Shown in pieces: positions 24,513 through 37,619 of a DNA stretch of 64,000 nucleotides (positions are counted from its first letter, which is position 1; every line of letters begins with the position of its first letter). The position numbers were made by a program, and so were the translations under genes. Source of the stretch: Octopus sinensis (taxonomy: Eukaryota); contig NC_042999.1 of assembly GCF_006345805.1 (NCBI RefSeq), positions 24,304,001 to 24,368,000 of the forward strand. Reading direction: 5' to 3'. A model generated the notes under the pieces. The model was not told where the DNA came from. It saw only the letters and a program-made list of their open reading frames with translations, and did no database searches.

Positions 24513-24889
24513 TCCTCGTCTGTACATGACTACTTCTATGATTTTACGTCACAATGTAATTTCTTTATGAAACATTTGTAGATACGCCATTGAGAGCTTG
24601 ATACACGAGTAAGGATGCATTTATCTCTATAAAATATAAAAGATATTCTTGATATTAACCCGGAGTTCCCCCATAAAGCTGACAGAAGGAACATAACATA
24701 ATAACCTCGTAGTAGCTGTGGGACATCGACCTTAAATCGCATGCGCCTTCTTTCTTGCTTCTTTCTGTCTTTGTCTCTCTCTTTCTCTCTGTCTCTAAAC
24801 TCTCTTTCTTTACATATATGCGTGTGTATTTGCTCGCGTATTTGTGTCATTATGTTTTTATTTGTTTCCATCTTCATTTGTAATTTTGT

Positions 24890-24898
24890 ATATGTATG

Positions 24899-24930
<32 letters not shown>

Positions 24931-25320
24931 TGTATGTATGCATGTATGTATGTATGTATGTGTATGTATGTATATGTATGTATATGTATGTATATGTATG
25001 TATATGTATGTGTATGTATGTATATGGATGTATATGTATGTATGTATGTATGTATATGTATGTGTATGTATGTATATGTATGTATATGTATGTATGTATA
25101 TGTATATGTATGGGTATGTATGTATATGTATGTATATGTATGTATGCATGTATGTATGTATGTATGTAAGTATATGTATGTATATGTATGTGTATGTATG
25201 TATGTATATGTATGTATATGTATGTATGTATATGTATGTATATGTATGTATGTATATGTATGTATATGAATGTATATGTATGTATGTATATATGTATGTA
25301 TGTATATACATAAATGTGCG
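24890..25320. repeat. (TATG)/(TATGTA) compound microsatellite
   Basis: Visible directly. Confidence 0.95.
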
Positions 25321-26298
25321 CGTCTGTATGTGTGTAGTATCATATTCTCTGGAAAATATAAAATACAAAATATCTGAAAAAACCCAAAACATAAGCAAAA
25401 ACACTTACATCATGCACACACACATAAACACAGTCATACACAAACACACGCACTTACAGACAAACACACACACATACATACACACATACACTAAATCTTC
25501 ACCGATTTTTACATAACACGCCTACATGCCTCGGTTTTTTTTTTTTGTTTTTTTTTTTGTCTTTTTTTCAGGAATCAGGCGATAATTCTTTTATTTCACG
25601 TTATATTTATTTATTTGTATTGTATTTTTTGTTTTACACTAGTTTATATTATTTTTTTTTTTTTCTATCCCTGCAAAGTATACGGCATCTGCAATTATTT
25701 CTCTCTTAAAATACTAGACATCTAAAACTCACACGCACCTAGCATTCTGATGTTGATTTTAGCAGCACAATTTCGGCTACTAACGTTGGCAGAAATTTGG
25801 GTGGAATAAGGATGTTAGCTGGAATTAGTGTGCCATTTAAATAGTGAAAATAGCACATGGCTGTTGTTGGAAAACTTAGAAAACACAGGATTCGTGTCAT
25901 TAAAAAATAAAAATAATAGAAATTAAATAAATAAAGATTGCTATTCGCTTTCATTATTTATTCGACATCATATATTATCACAGTGTAATTTTTTTCACGC
26001 ACACTCGGACGCACACGTACATATATAGAAATGCACATACACACATACACGCACAAATATATGTATGTGCGTGTGTTGTGTGCGCGCGTGTCTGTGTGTG
26101 TGTATGTGTTTACGTGCGTGTATGTCTATGAATGTAAATATACAAACACACACTCACAAACACACACACACTCACACACATAAGTAAATATATATATTTG
26201 TATATTGATAGACAAATAAATATATACACATATATAAACATGCATATATATCTCTAGATATATATTTGCATATATTTCTATATCTGCATGTGTCTTTG

Positions 26299-26336
<38 letters not shown>

Positions 26337-26450
26337 ACTATCTATCTATCTCTCTATCTATATATATATATCTATCTATCTATCTAACAACCTACCTGTC
26401 TGTCTGTCTGCCTGTCTGTCTGTCTATCTATCTGTCTTTCTTTCTATCTC

Positions 26451-26484
<34 letters not shown>

Positions 26485-26485
26485 C

Positions 26486-26550
<65 letters not shown>

Positions 26551-26683
26551 CCTGTCTGTCTGTCTGTCTATCTTATCTATCAACCCATTTCTGCCTCCTC
26601 TCTCTCCCCCTCTCCCTCTCCATATATATATGAATATATATGTATGTATGTATGTATATAGGCAAATAATTCTCTCAAGAATC

Positions 26684-26765
<82 letters not shown>

Positions 26766-26804
26766 ACTATATTTTATTTTTTATTTTATTTTTTTTTTGT
26801 TCTT

Positions 26805-26955
26805 TTCTTCCCTTTTACGATCCCTTTTGATCGAAAACCTACGCCACTCCTTTTTTTGTTTCTTTTGTTTTTTGTTTTTTTCATCCCCCAAAAGAAAAGC
26901 TCTACCTTGTAACTTGTCCCATCTGTATACAGCCCTGTGTGGCCAATAAAGAAAC
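26805..26955 (+). mobile_element. Short 3'-end fragment of the Tx1 LINE
   Basis: cgatcccttttgatcgaaaac...agccctgtgtggccaataaagaaa. Confidence 0.8.
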
Positions 26956-26971
26956 TTATATTTATATATAT

Positions 26972-27019
<48 letters not shown>

Positions 27020-27357
27020 TACATATATGAACACGCACACACACACACACACAAAACTATTCACATTGTTATGCCTGTCCGTGTATATGTGTGGAATGCT
27101 ATATATATATAATTAATCGTCCATTAATGTTTTATTGTTTTGACAGGTTTTTAGCGTTTTCAGCACCAACCTGCTACATGGATGAAATCTAAAGAAACGT
27201 GCAATCGCGGCCAGCTTCTCTTACATTTTATTTCCTTTATATTTAATGATATAACCGTTTATTTCTACCCGGTATTTCAAATAAAAGAAATTGTTACAGT
27301 GTTTCGTGGACAATTTTCTGTTCATTGACGTTATCATCATTATCATCACCATCACCT

Positions 27358-28163
27358 ATTTCTTTATTACCCACAAGGGGCTAAACACAGAGAGGACAAA
27401 CAAGGGCAGACAAACGGATTAAGTCGATTATATCGACCCCAGTGCGTAACTGGTACTTAATTTATCGACCCCGAAATGATGAAAGGCAAAGTCGACCTCG
27501 GCGGAATTTGTAACGACAGACGAAATACGGCTCGCATTTCGCCCGGCGTGCTAATGTTTCTTATTTCTTTACTACCCACAAGGGGCTAAACGTAGAGAGG
27601 ACAAACAAGGGCAGACAAACGGACTAAGTCGATTATATCGACCCCAGTGCGTAACTGGTACTTAATTTATCGACCCCGAAAGGATGAAAGGCAAAGTCGA
27701 CCTCGGCGGAATTTGAAATCAGAACGTAACGGCAGACGAAATACCTATTTCTTTACTACCCACAAGGGGCTACACACAGGGAGGACAAACAAGGACAGAC
27801 ATAGGTATTAAGTCGATTATATCGACCCCAGTGCGTAACTGGTACTTAATTTATCGACCCCGAAAGGATGAAAGGCAAAGTCGACCTCGGCGGAATTTGA
27901 AATCAGAACGTAACGGCAGACGTAATACCTATTTCTTTACTACCAACAAGGGGCTAAACACAGAGTGAACAAAAAAGGACAGACAAACGGATTAAGTCGA
28001 TTATATCGACCCCAGTGCGTAACTGGTACCTAATTTATCGACCCCGGAAGGATGAAAGGCAAAGCCGACCTCGGCGGAATTTGAACTCAGAACGTAGCAG
28101 CAGACGAGATACCGCTAAGCATTTCGCCCGGCGTGCTAATGTTTCTGCCAGCTCGCCGCCTTT
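27358..28163 (-). mobile_element. SINE A tetramer (one headed unit and three truncated units)
   Basis: Junctions gaaatag|gtatt(t)cgtc twice and gaaataagaaa|cattagcacg once. Confidence 0.88.
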
Positions 28164-28559
28164 TTATCATCACCATCACCGTCGCCGTCGTCGTCGTCGT
28201 CGCTGTCGCCATCGCCATAATTATAGTTCTCGTGTTTGTTGCTGTTGCCATCATCATCCTCAACATCACTATCCCAGATATAGTCGTTGACGTTGCCGCT
28301 GTCCTCATCATGGTCGTCACCATTGTGCACTTCCCTTCTCGTCCTCCTTCTCTCCCCCTCTCGTGTCCGCCTTTCATCGTCCTCTTTCTCTTCCCCCTGA
28401 TCATCATCACCATCATAATCATCATTATGATATTTTGCTTCTTTGAATGTCATTTAATTTATTTCTTATTTGTTTTTTGTTTCTTTTCCCCTTTTGATGT
28501 TTTCCTTTAATCATAGAGCCTTCGCTGCTGCCCTTATAATCTTCCCCATCTCATCACCC

Positions 28560-29925
28560 TTGTTGCACAATTTTTCAACAGCGTTGTGGAACGGTTAACG
28601 GAGGGACCGGTTAACGGAGGGACCGGTTAAACTTCTTGTGGTCTGGTTCGGTCCAGAACTCCAAGTGAAGATACGGGATGAAGTAGCGAGCAAGATAGCC
28701 CAATCTCACACAGATGTGGGCTGAGAGAAAGCTATCCCTGAAAGGCCGAGCATCCGTCATCTACTACCGCCTCACCATCGTGCCCTGTCCTTGTTTGAGT
28801 CTGACCAGACTGGGACGCCTACTCTTCCACGTTCCGCTTGTCAGGCACTTATTTGCTGTCAACAACTGCTAAATAGAAGGCTTGGTATGCACAAACATAC
28901 GCTGAGGCTGCGATATTTCCAGAGTTTCCTAGACAGTGAGCAGGTGTGGTCACCGTTTGTCAGGCACAATTTCTAACAGTTCCTCTCTTTCATAGAGCTG
29001 CAGTCCTGGATCAAACATACACTAAAGCAGAAGAGACCAGGCACATAGAGTGTCGTCAGTTGCTCACACTCCTCTGCCAATCGGGCGATGCGGTCGGTGG
29101 AAGTTCCACTATAGTTTTCTATAGAGGATTAGTGGCGGGTAAGTGCGACGATGTTCTCGGGGAGACTCTAGGTGTTGATGAGAATGAGTTGGCTTGGGTT
29201 TTTTTCCGGAGAACTTTCGGGTTGTGATTTATGGGTAATTTCCAGAAATCCTTGACCTGCCACTGCTACTGCGGGGCACTGCCTGTTCGGGATAAATTCT
29301 ACTGGCACGGAAGTGCGGTCAGCCAGACGCGCTCAGACCGACTAAACCGTTCTGCACGCTCTCGTCTACTGCCCCAGTATTTCTGACTTGTGGGTTTATG
29401 TCGAACGCCTGTTGTCGCGTGTGGGACGGATCCGGCTATCGGCTGAGTTCATTGCCGGGAAAAGTTGGCTGTTTTTCTTTAAAGCCATAGCGAAAAGATG
29501 TGGTGGACCAGACTGAAAGGGCTGAAAACAGATACATTCCTCTTTGGCTAGACCTTCATCAGCTTTTCCAAGTTTCACTTGAAAAGGAAAATGAGGTTGG
29601 AGATGGAAGCGTTGGTCCCCTCCAGCAATTTTGTTAAAATGTAAGTGAATGTCGCAAGAATGGCCTCAGTGAATGGGCCTACTCTAAGCATGCGCCTGTA
29701 GATTAAGTGGAGATGGTACTTACCCTGGTGGTCAGGACTGACGTGGATTTGTAGGGTTTCCACGTGCAGTCCTAGGACGTCTCCCTCTTTTAGGTAATTT
29801 TGTTGTTGTAGTCGATTGTTTTTAATTGTTTACACGATTTTCATGTAACCCCACCCCCATTCTATTTGCCCTGTGCTGTCTACAATGTTTTCCATAATGT
29901 AAACTCTTTGTGGTTAATAAAGAAA
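28560..29925 (+). mobile_element. Second, more decayed Tx1-clade LINE fragment followed by (CAT)n
   Basis: gctgagagaaagctatccctgaaaggccgagc (W.ERKLSLKGRA) and QVWSPFVRH homologous to 4281-6051; ends gtggttaataaagaaat. Confidence 0.82.
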
Positions 29926-29949
29926 TCATCATCATCATCATCGTCATCG

Positions 29950-29992
<43 letters not shown>

Positions 29993-30234
29993 TATTAGAA
30001 GTCGTAGTAAGGCAGTGAGCTGGCAGAATCGTTTACACGACTGGTAAAATGCTCAGCGGCATCTTTCGTCCATCCTTACGTTCTGAGATCAATTTCCGAT
30101 GACCTTTCCTTCCATCTTTTCGGGGTCGATAAATTAAGCACCAATAAAGCACTGATGTCGATATATTCGACTATTCCTCGCCCTCCAAATTTCATGCCTT
30201 GTGCCTTTAGTGGAAAGGATTATTATTATTATTA

Positions 30235-30285
<51 letters not shown>

Positions 30286-31134
30286 CCGCGTCGTCGTCCT
30301 CGTCGTCGTCGTTGTCGTTGTTGTTGTTATAGACGTACCAGAGCAAAATTTTAGGAGAAACTATTTACTTCCATTAGATACAAGCTGCTTCGGTATTTTT
30401 TTAATGCAGTCGTAAAATATTTAGCAACTGAGTAGAATGAAACATTTTTTTTTAATGTGATATCCCGCTCTTCTATGGGAAAATTATTTGAATATTGTCG
30501 TTTAGAAGCAGAGTAAACACGGAGGTTTATATGTTGTAGCATATACATACGTCGTAGTAGGACGATACTATTAAATTGTTAGGCTGGGACCCGTTTCTGT
30601 CTTCGGAGAGTAAATACAGTAATAAACAATCAAAGTAGAAGAACCTCATTTACTGGCAGAAGAAACATTACCATTAGCTTCACATCATCACATGTTGTTC
30701 TACATGGACGAAACAAGCAGCATAAATATGAGAGACTGTGGGGATCAGAATGAAGGACAAGTTCTGAAGGAATAGGCTTCATATTTGACCTTTCTACTAC
30801 AGGAATAATAAATTCTAAATATCCAGTTTCATGTACAACAACCTTGAATATTCTTACTGCAACATCCTTAAAGCTCAAGTTCCAGTCAAACTTCAGAGAT
30901 ATATCTAAAAATTCATGACGGTCTACACATTACAGAATCATGACCATTGCTGACAGTACAGTGTTATGTATGTCCGTACAAAGGTTTTAAGTCGAGTGCG
31001 GCTTGCAAACACCATACCGCGTCTCATTTGCAATATCAAGAATTCCAGAGACAAGCGAAGTGCAAGATATCTGACTCAGTAGAGCAGCGGGTTTTATGTA
31101 CGAGTGAGCCTTCTAGAAGGATGGCTTAACAAAC

Positions 31135-31375
31135 ACCACGGATCCCTCACTCTTATTCGGCTTACTGTGCTTTAGGACACCTACTCGAGTATTTCTACCT
31201 CCTGTTGATTATAAGCTAGTTAAACGATAGCTACGACCCTGACAGCTCCTACTACTGCGGGCCTTAGTAGACCTGAGAACAATAACGCCCAAGTGGTGGT
31301 TCCACACTCCTCAAATCTGTAGAATTCCTGAACTACAGCCCCACTATCGGATGCAAAACGTTATACAATACAAAT
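31135..31375 (-). mobile_element. Diverged copy of an interspersed repeat of unknown class
   Basis: catccgatagtggggctgtagttcaggaattc...gagtgtggaaccacc, recalled as an abundant octopus repeat; not verified. Confidence 0.35.
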
Positions 31376-31429
31376 ATGTGAGCATCTATGTATATGTATG
31401 TAGATATACATATCTATGTTGTAAATACG

Positions 31430-31652
31430 TATAGGTGGGGATGCTGAGAATTTCCTGGCTTTGGGTAAAAGGAAATCCAGGAGGATCAGATCATTATGAT
31501 TTTATTCAGTATATTCCCCTCTTTGACTCACATACTTATTGAAGTGACTCTTCAGTTTTTGTAAACCCTTTAAAAGAACGCCGAAAGTTAGACCTCTAAT
31601 CAGGCTTTTTGCGATAACATTAAAGCCCAAACCCTTTCAGCCCCCATTCATA
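31430..31652. mobile_element. Mariner MITE (diverged)
   Basis: TA-bounded; ggggatgctgagaatttcctggc ... ctttcagccccc; homologous to 37399-37619. Confidence 0.75.
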
Positions 31653-31656
31653 TGAA

Positions 31657-31690
<34 letters not shown>

Positions 31691-31714
31691 GTACGAATAA
31701 AGGAGATGCGTGAC

Positions 31715-31930
31715 TTAGCGGCTTAAAATTTAAGGTGACGCACTCATTATCGCAAGACTGTGGTTTCGATTCCGGGACCGGACGGCGCCTTGTGTTCTCG
31801 AGTAAAACAATGCAATTCATATTGCTCCTGACCATCCAGTTGGCAACGATGAGTAATCCTGCGACGGACCGGCGTCATCTCCAGGATGGGGAATACATAC
31901 GTAACAAGAACCTGGAAACTGACCTCGTGA
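31715..31930 (+). mobile_element. SINE family D
   Basis: B box GGTTTCGATTCC; gtgttctcgagtaaaac; gcgacggaccggcgtc tail. Confidence 0.65.
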
Positions 31931-31964
31931 GTCTATATGACACCGGAAGGATCTTTATCTTTTT

Positions 31965-31998
<34 letters not shown>

Positions 31999-31999
31999 A

Positions 32000-32065
<66 letters not shown>

Positions 32066-32347
32066 CAGCATGACACAAAATGTAAGAAGACTGGACAAGG
32101 GAAAATGTTCAAATTAGTAGAAATCCTCTGTTGGCTGCTACACAATTTCATTCAAGTCTTTGGGTGATTCGAGGCCAAATTGCAAAAGACAAGACACTAC
32201 GTAGTAGGAGAGAACCTGCGTATTCTTACTTGGCAAGAGAACCGCTTAACCATTCAGCCATGCTTAGGAACGAGGTACATATATACGTGTATATATATAT
32301 GTGTGTGTGTGTATGTGTGTGTATACATATACATACACACACACACA

Positions 32348-32378
<31 letters not shown>

Positions 32379-32637
32379 ATATATATATATATATACATAT
32401 ATATAGAGACACACATATGCTAACATACAAACATGCTGTATACACACACATACACACACATACACACAAGCACATATACTATGTGTGTAAAATTGTATAA
32501 TTTTGTTATATTTCTTCTAATACACACGAATATACATTCACTTGTATTTACATGTAAGCCTACATATATGCGTATTTATATATATGTATGTATATATATG
32601 TATATATGTATATATGTATGTAAACCTACGTATGTGC

Positions 32638-32683
<46 letters not shown>

Positions 32684-32851
32684 CTACATATGTGCGTATG
32701 TGTATATATATATTTACATACATATATACATATATATGTGTATAACAACATATATATATCCTTTTGAGAGTGCGTGTGTATGCGCGAGGTTGTATGCGCA
32801 TGCATGTATGTTTATATATGTATACGTAAATTTGTGTGTATGTTTGTGTGC

Positions 32852-32886
<35 letters not shown>

Positions 32887-32891
32887 CGTGC

Positions 32892-32922
<31 letters not shown>

Positions 32923-33575
32923 AGTGTATGTGTGTGTGTGTGACGTGTAGACTTTCCCTGCCATATTCTCCACTCAACATGTTTCTAATATGTTGGAGTT
33001 TCTTTTCTGTTTTTTTTTCACTGCTCTGACAGTTGCCTCCCACCCCTTCCCCAGACACTTGTTACCTCCTCTGTCTCTTCCTCATTTCCTCCTTCCCTTC
33101 CCTTCATCCCCTCCCTCCCTCACTAATCCCAGTTTATTTACCCTTGAGCGCCAGTTAACATTTCTCCTTTCTCCGTCAAATTTTTCTCATACTCGAAACG
33201 TTAGACTTATCTTCCTCAGCATAAAATTCATTCTTCAGTGTGAATTACTCGTATTATTTTCTGCCGATGCAGAACTCTCTCATCTCTTTCTGTTTGTTTC
33301 TCTCTCTCTCTGTCTCTCTCTGTCTCTCTCTTTCTCCCTGCCTCTCTCTTCCTCTCTCCTTCCCTCTCTCTCTCTCCATTTCCCTATCTGTATTTCTCTC
33401 CTGAGCCTACTTGGTTTAATAACTAACTTTCAGTTTAAATTGTAAGTGGTGTTAAGTTCAAAATTATATGGTTCCGGGGTCTGTCCCACAGCGTGGCACC
33501 TTGGGCCAGTGTCTTCTACTTGGCTGGCCAAAGCCTTTTCAGTGGATTTGGTTAACGGAAACTGGAAGAAGCCCG

Positions 33576-33618
<43 letters not shown>

Positions 33619-33742
33619 GGTCCTGGGTTGAGTCGGGGTTAACCACAGTAATAAGGTACTCAATACATAGCAGAGTAAATTAATTTATTTTATAGAAGGA
33701 GCTTCTACAGGACTAGAACTGTTTCATTCAAAAGAAATCATC

Positions 33743-33799
33743 AGGAGCTTCCTGATGATTTCTTTTGAATGAAACAGTTCTAGTCCTGTAGAAGCTCCT
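33743..33799 (+). ncRNA. Type I hammerhead ribozyme fold inside a perfect 61-bp-arm palindrome
   Basis: Stem I AGGAGCTTC/GAAGCTCCT, core CTGATGA, stem II TTC-TTTT-GAA with a T.T first pair, GAAA, stem III ACAG/CTGT, GUA cleavage after 33790. Confidence 0.72.
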
Positions 33800-34030
33800 T
33801 CTATAAAATATATATATATATATTATATATATATATATACTTTATTTAAAGCAGCAGAAAATTCAACAGTTGTCCGACGAACGGCAACGGGAAACTCAGA
33901 GTAACAGGTTTTGTTGAATTTTCTGCTACTTTAAATAAAGCATATTACTCTACCACTGGTATTTGAATACTCTTTTTTCCACTTTGTTTCACATTTATGT
34001 GTTTACTCCGGTATATATATATATATATAT

Positions 34031-34086
<56 letters not shown>

Positions 34087-34503
34087 CGTGCGTGCGTGTG
34101 TGTGTGTGTGTGTGTGTGGTGTGAGTGTATGTGTGTGTGTGTGACGTGTAGACTTTCCCTGCCATATTCTCCACTCAACATGTTTCTAATATGTTGGAGT
34201 TTCTTTTCTGTTTTTTTTTCACTGCTCTGACAGTTGCCTCCCACCCCTTCCCCAGACACTTGTTACCTCCTCTGTCTCTTCCTCATTTCCTCCTTCCCTT
34301 CCCTTCATCCCCTCCCTCCCTCACTAATCCCAGTTTATTTACCCTTGAGCGCCAGTTAAATTTCTCCTTTCTCCGTCAAATTTTTCTCATACTCGAAACG
34401 TTAGACTTATCTTCCTCAGCATAAAATCATTCTTCAGTGTGAATTACTCGTATTATTTTCTGCCGATGCAGAACTCTCTCATCTCTTTCTGTTTGTTTCT
34501 CTC

Positions 34504-34567
<64 letters not shown>

Positions 34568-34910
34568 TTTCCCTATCTGTGTATTTCTCCTGAGCCTACT
34601 TGGTTTAATAACTAACTTTCAGTTTAAATTGTAAGTGGTGTTAAGTTCAAAATTATATGGTTCCGGGGTCTGTCCCACAGCGTGGCACCTTGGGCAAGTG
34701 TCTTCTACTTGGCTGGCCAAAGCCTTTTCAGTGGATTTGGTTACGGAAACTGGAAGAAGCCCGTCATATATATATATATATATGTAGGTCCTGGGTTGAG
34801 TCGGGGTTAACCACAGTAATAAGGTACTCAATACATAGCAGAGTAAATTAATTTATTTTATAGAAGGAGCTTCTACAGGACTAGAACTGTTTCATTCAAA
34901 AGAAATCATC

Positions 34911-34967
34911 AGGAGCTTCCTGATGATTTCTTTTGAATGAAACAGTTCTAGTCCTGTAGAAGCTCCT
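34911..34967 (+). ncRNA. Duplicate hammerhead fold
   Basis: Same sequence as 33743-33799; predicted cleavage after 34958. Confidence 0.72.
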
Positions 34968-35172
34968 TCTATAAAATATATATATATATATATATATATA
35001 TACTTTATTTAAAGCAGCAGAAAATTCAACAGTTGTCCGACGAACGGCAACGGGAAACTCAGAGTAACAGGTTTTGTTGAATTTTCTGCTACTTTAAATA
35101 AAGCATATTACTCTACCACTGGTATTTGAATACTCTTTTTTCCACTTTGTTTCACATTTATGTGTTTACTCC

Positions 35173-35232
<60 letters not shown>

Positions 35233-35444
35233 GTGTGTGCGTGTGTGTGAGGGAGAGAGAGAGAGATAGAAACAGATAGAGTGTGTGTGCGTGTGTGTTT
35301 GTGTGTGTGTGTTTCTATTTTTGTGTCTGTGTTTGTCCCACCACCACCATCTGAGTTCATTCTGAGTTCAAATTCCGACGAGGTCTACTTCACCTTTCAT
35401 CCAATCTAAGTCGATGAAATAAAATTCCACTTGAGTAATTTGTT

Positions 35445-35748
35445 GTTTGTTCCTTCTCGAGCCATGCCTGCTTCATAAGGGCCGGCTTCCAGGTTTTATT
35501 TGCGTATAGAATCCCCACATGGACGGGACGCCTGTCTGTCGCAGGTGAGCTGCTAGATGCAGGAGGAAAGAGTGAGAAAAAGTTGTGGCGAAAGAGTCAG
35601 CAGAAGTTCGCCATTAGCTTCTTCGGCAATCGCGTGGAGCTTAGGTGTTTCGCTCATAAATACACACATCGCCCGGTCTGAGATTCGAACACGCGATCCC
35701 TCGACCGCGAGTCCGCTGCTCTAATCACTTGGCCATGCTCCTCCACTA
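35445..35748 (-). mobile_element. SINE family B
   Basis: Reverse complement of the 10945 copy. Confidence 0.85.
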
Positions 35749-36329
35749 CTTGAGCATTTTTTTAACGTAATCGACTTAACCCGCTTCTAAAATTGTTGGC
35801 CTTGTTCCAAAATTTGAAATTATTTATTTGTTCTTTTAAGACTTTGATTTGGCAGAGTCGATAATCTGTCGGAAAAATGCTTTCAGTCATTCCTTCCTTT
35901 GCATTACATACTGAGTTCAAATCCCGTCAAGACCTCCACTTTTCATGTTTTCAGAATAGATATAATATGTACCAGTTGACTGCAGAAGTCCTTATAACTG
36001 ACTTCCGGCTACCCCAAAATTGTTTGTCTTGCGCCAAAAGTAGAAATAATTTTTTTGTTTTTTTGGTTTTTGAAAGACTAGATGGAAAACAACTCAGAAG
36101 CATTTGAAAACCAAATTTATACAATTCAAGCTACATTCAGACATTAAACTACAATAGCTGTCTTATTTTACCCAAAAGAATTATAATGATTCTCTAAAAG
36201 ATTGTCTTGTTCAGCAGATTAGATGTTAATTATAATTCATGAAGTCAACTACAGATAAGATAAGTCAATCATTTTGTTGCTAAGGCGGGGAGCTGGCAAA
36301 AACGTTAGCACGCCGGGTGAAATCTTTAG

Positions 36330-36625
36330 TTAGTCATTTGACTGCAGCCAGACTGGAGCACCGGCTTATATCGTATTTTTAGTTGAAGACATCTACCCCA
36401 GCAGTTATTCTTTGTAAGTCTAGTATTTATTGTATCGGAGTCTTTTGCCGAACCCCTAAGTTACGGGGATATAAACACACCAACATCGGTTGTCAAGAGA
36501 TGGTAGAGGAACAAACACAGATGCAAGACACACATATAAATACATATATACGACGGGCTTCTTTTAGTTTCCGTCTACCAAATCCACTCACAAGGCATTG
36601 GATGATCCGAGGCTATAGTAGTAGG
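36330..36625 (-). mobile_element. SINE family C (partial)
   Basis: gtcatttgactgcagcc...ccgtctaccaaatccactcacaagg. Confidence 0.78.
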
Positions 36626-37398
36626 TGTCACACAGTAGAGCTAAACACATTATTTCTCATATACGTGTGTGAGTGTGTCTGTGTATTTGTATATATCCAT
36701 AAATGTTTATATACATAAGTTGATAGATATGTATACACACACACATATATATATACGCGTGTGTATGCGTTTTCGTAGCTATTTATCTATCTATCTTTCT
36801 ATCTATCAGTCTACCTATCTGCTATATATTTATACATAAATTCACAACCACACACAAACACGTGTGTATATCCGTATACATATATGTGTCTATGTGTTAT
36901 GTTGCTTGTGTGTGAGTGTGTGTTTGTGTAGCTGAAAAATTACAATGATTTAACGCACAAGAAATCTATAGTATTCTTAGCCTTATATATCAACGAGTAA
37001 ATATTTCATCTGGTAATATATTAAAAGCGTCAAACCAAAGCATGCGACACGAACCTCCCCCCCCCACCAAAAAAAAAAGGAAAGCACGAGAAACCCAAGC
37101 ACGTGACAACTCACATGTCTTTACTGTGGCCCAACACTGTCCTCATTTTGTTCTTTCCCTTGCCTCCATTATTGTCGTACTATCTTGTTTGTAGTTGGAT
37201 TAGAAACTTTTGTTTAAGTTGAACAGAAATATGTCGACGATCGTCTAGTATGCCTCGTACACGTAGCGTCGACCTAGTTCTACAGACAACAAAAAGAAGT
37301 TGTTTTTAAATCAATAGTACATCATCTGAAATGGTATTCACCTTTTAGTTTTTGATAGGGTAAAATTATAAATACCTCTGCGGTCACTGTACCGTACA

Positions 37399-37619
37399 TA
37401 CGAGGGGCTGCTGAAAATTCCCTGTCTTTGGGTAAAAGAAAATATAGGAGGGTCAGTTAGTTGTGATTTTATTCACGATATTCCACTCTCGGTTACACAC
37501 ACTTATTTTAGCGGTCATTCAGTCTTTCTGAACCCTGTAAAAGAACTCGGAAGGGTAGGCTTCCAAGTAGGCCATTCGCGATACCCTCGAAGCCAGGAAC
37601 TTTTTAGCAGCCCCTTATA
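37399..37619. mobile_element. Mariner-type MITE, 221 bp
   Basis: TA ends; TIR tacgaggggctgctgaaaattcc / ggaactttttagcagccccttata; related pieces at 37660-37820 and 38507-38698. Confidence 0.85.

Larger units (their letters stand above)
32860..35176. repeat. Tandem duplication of a ~1.15-kb unit (about 32860-34013 and 34040-35176)
   Basis: Near-identical unique sequence from gtgacgtgtagactttccc to gtttactccgg; differs by a few indels and microsatellite lengths. Confidence 0.92.

Noticed and set aside
27358-28163. CRISPR-like or satellite interpretation of the regularly spaced repeats
   Set aside because: The whole unit repeats with no unique spacers and matches dispersed SINE monomers; eukaryotic context with no cas genes
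30630-30940. 82-aa minus-strand ORF or small exon (ISLKFDWNLSFKDVA)
   Set aside because: No recognisable family and a weak acceptor; could be LINE decay or chance
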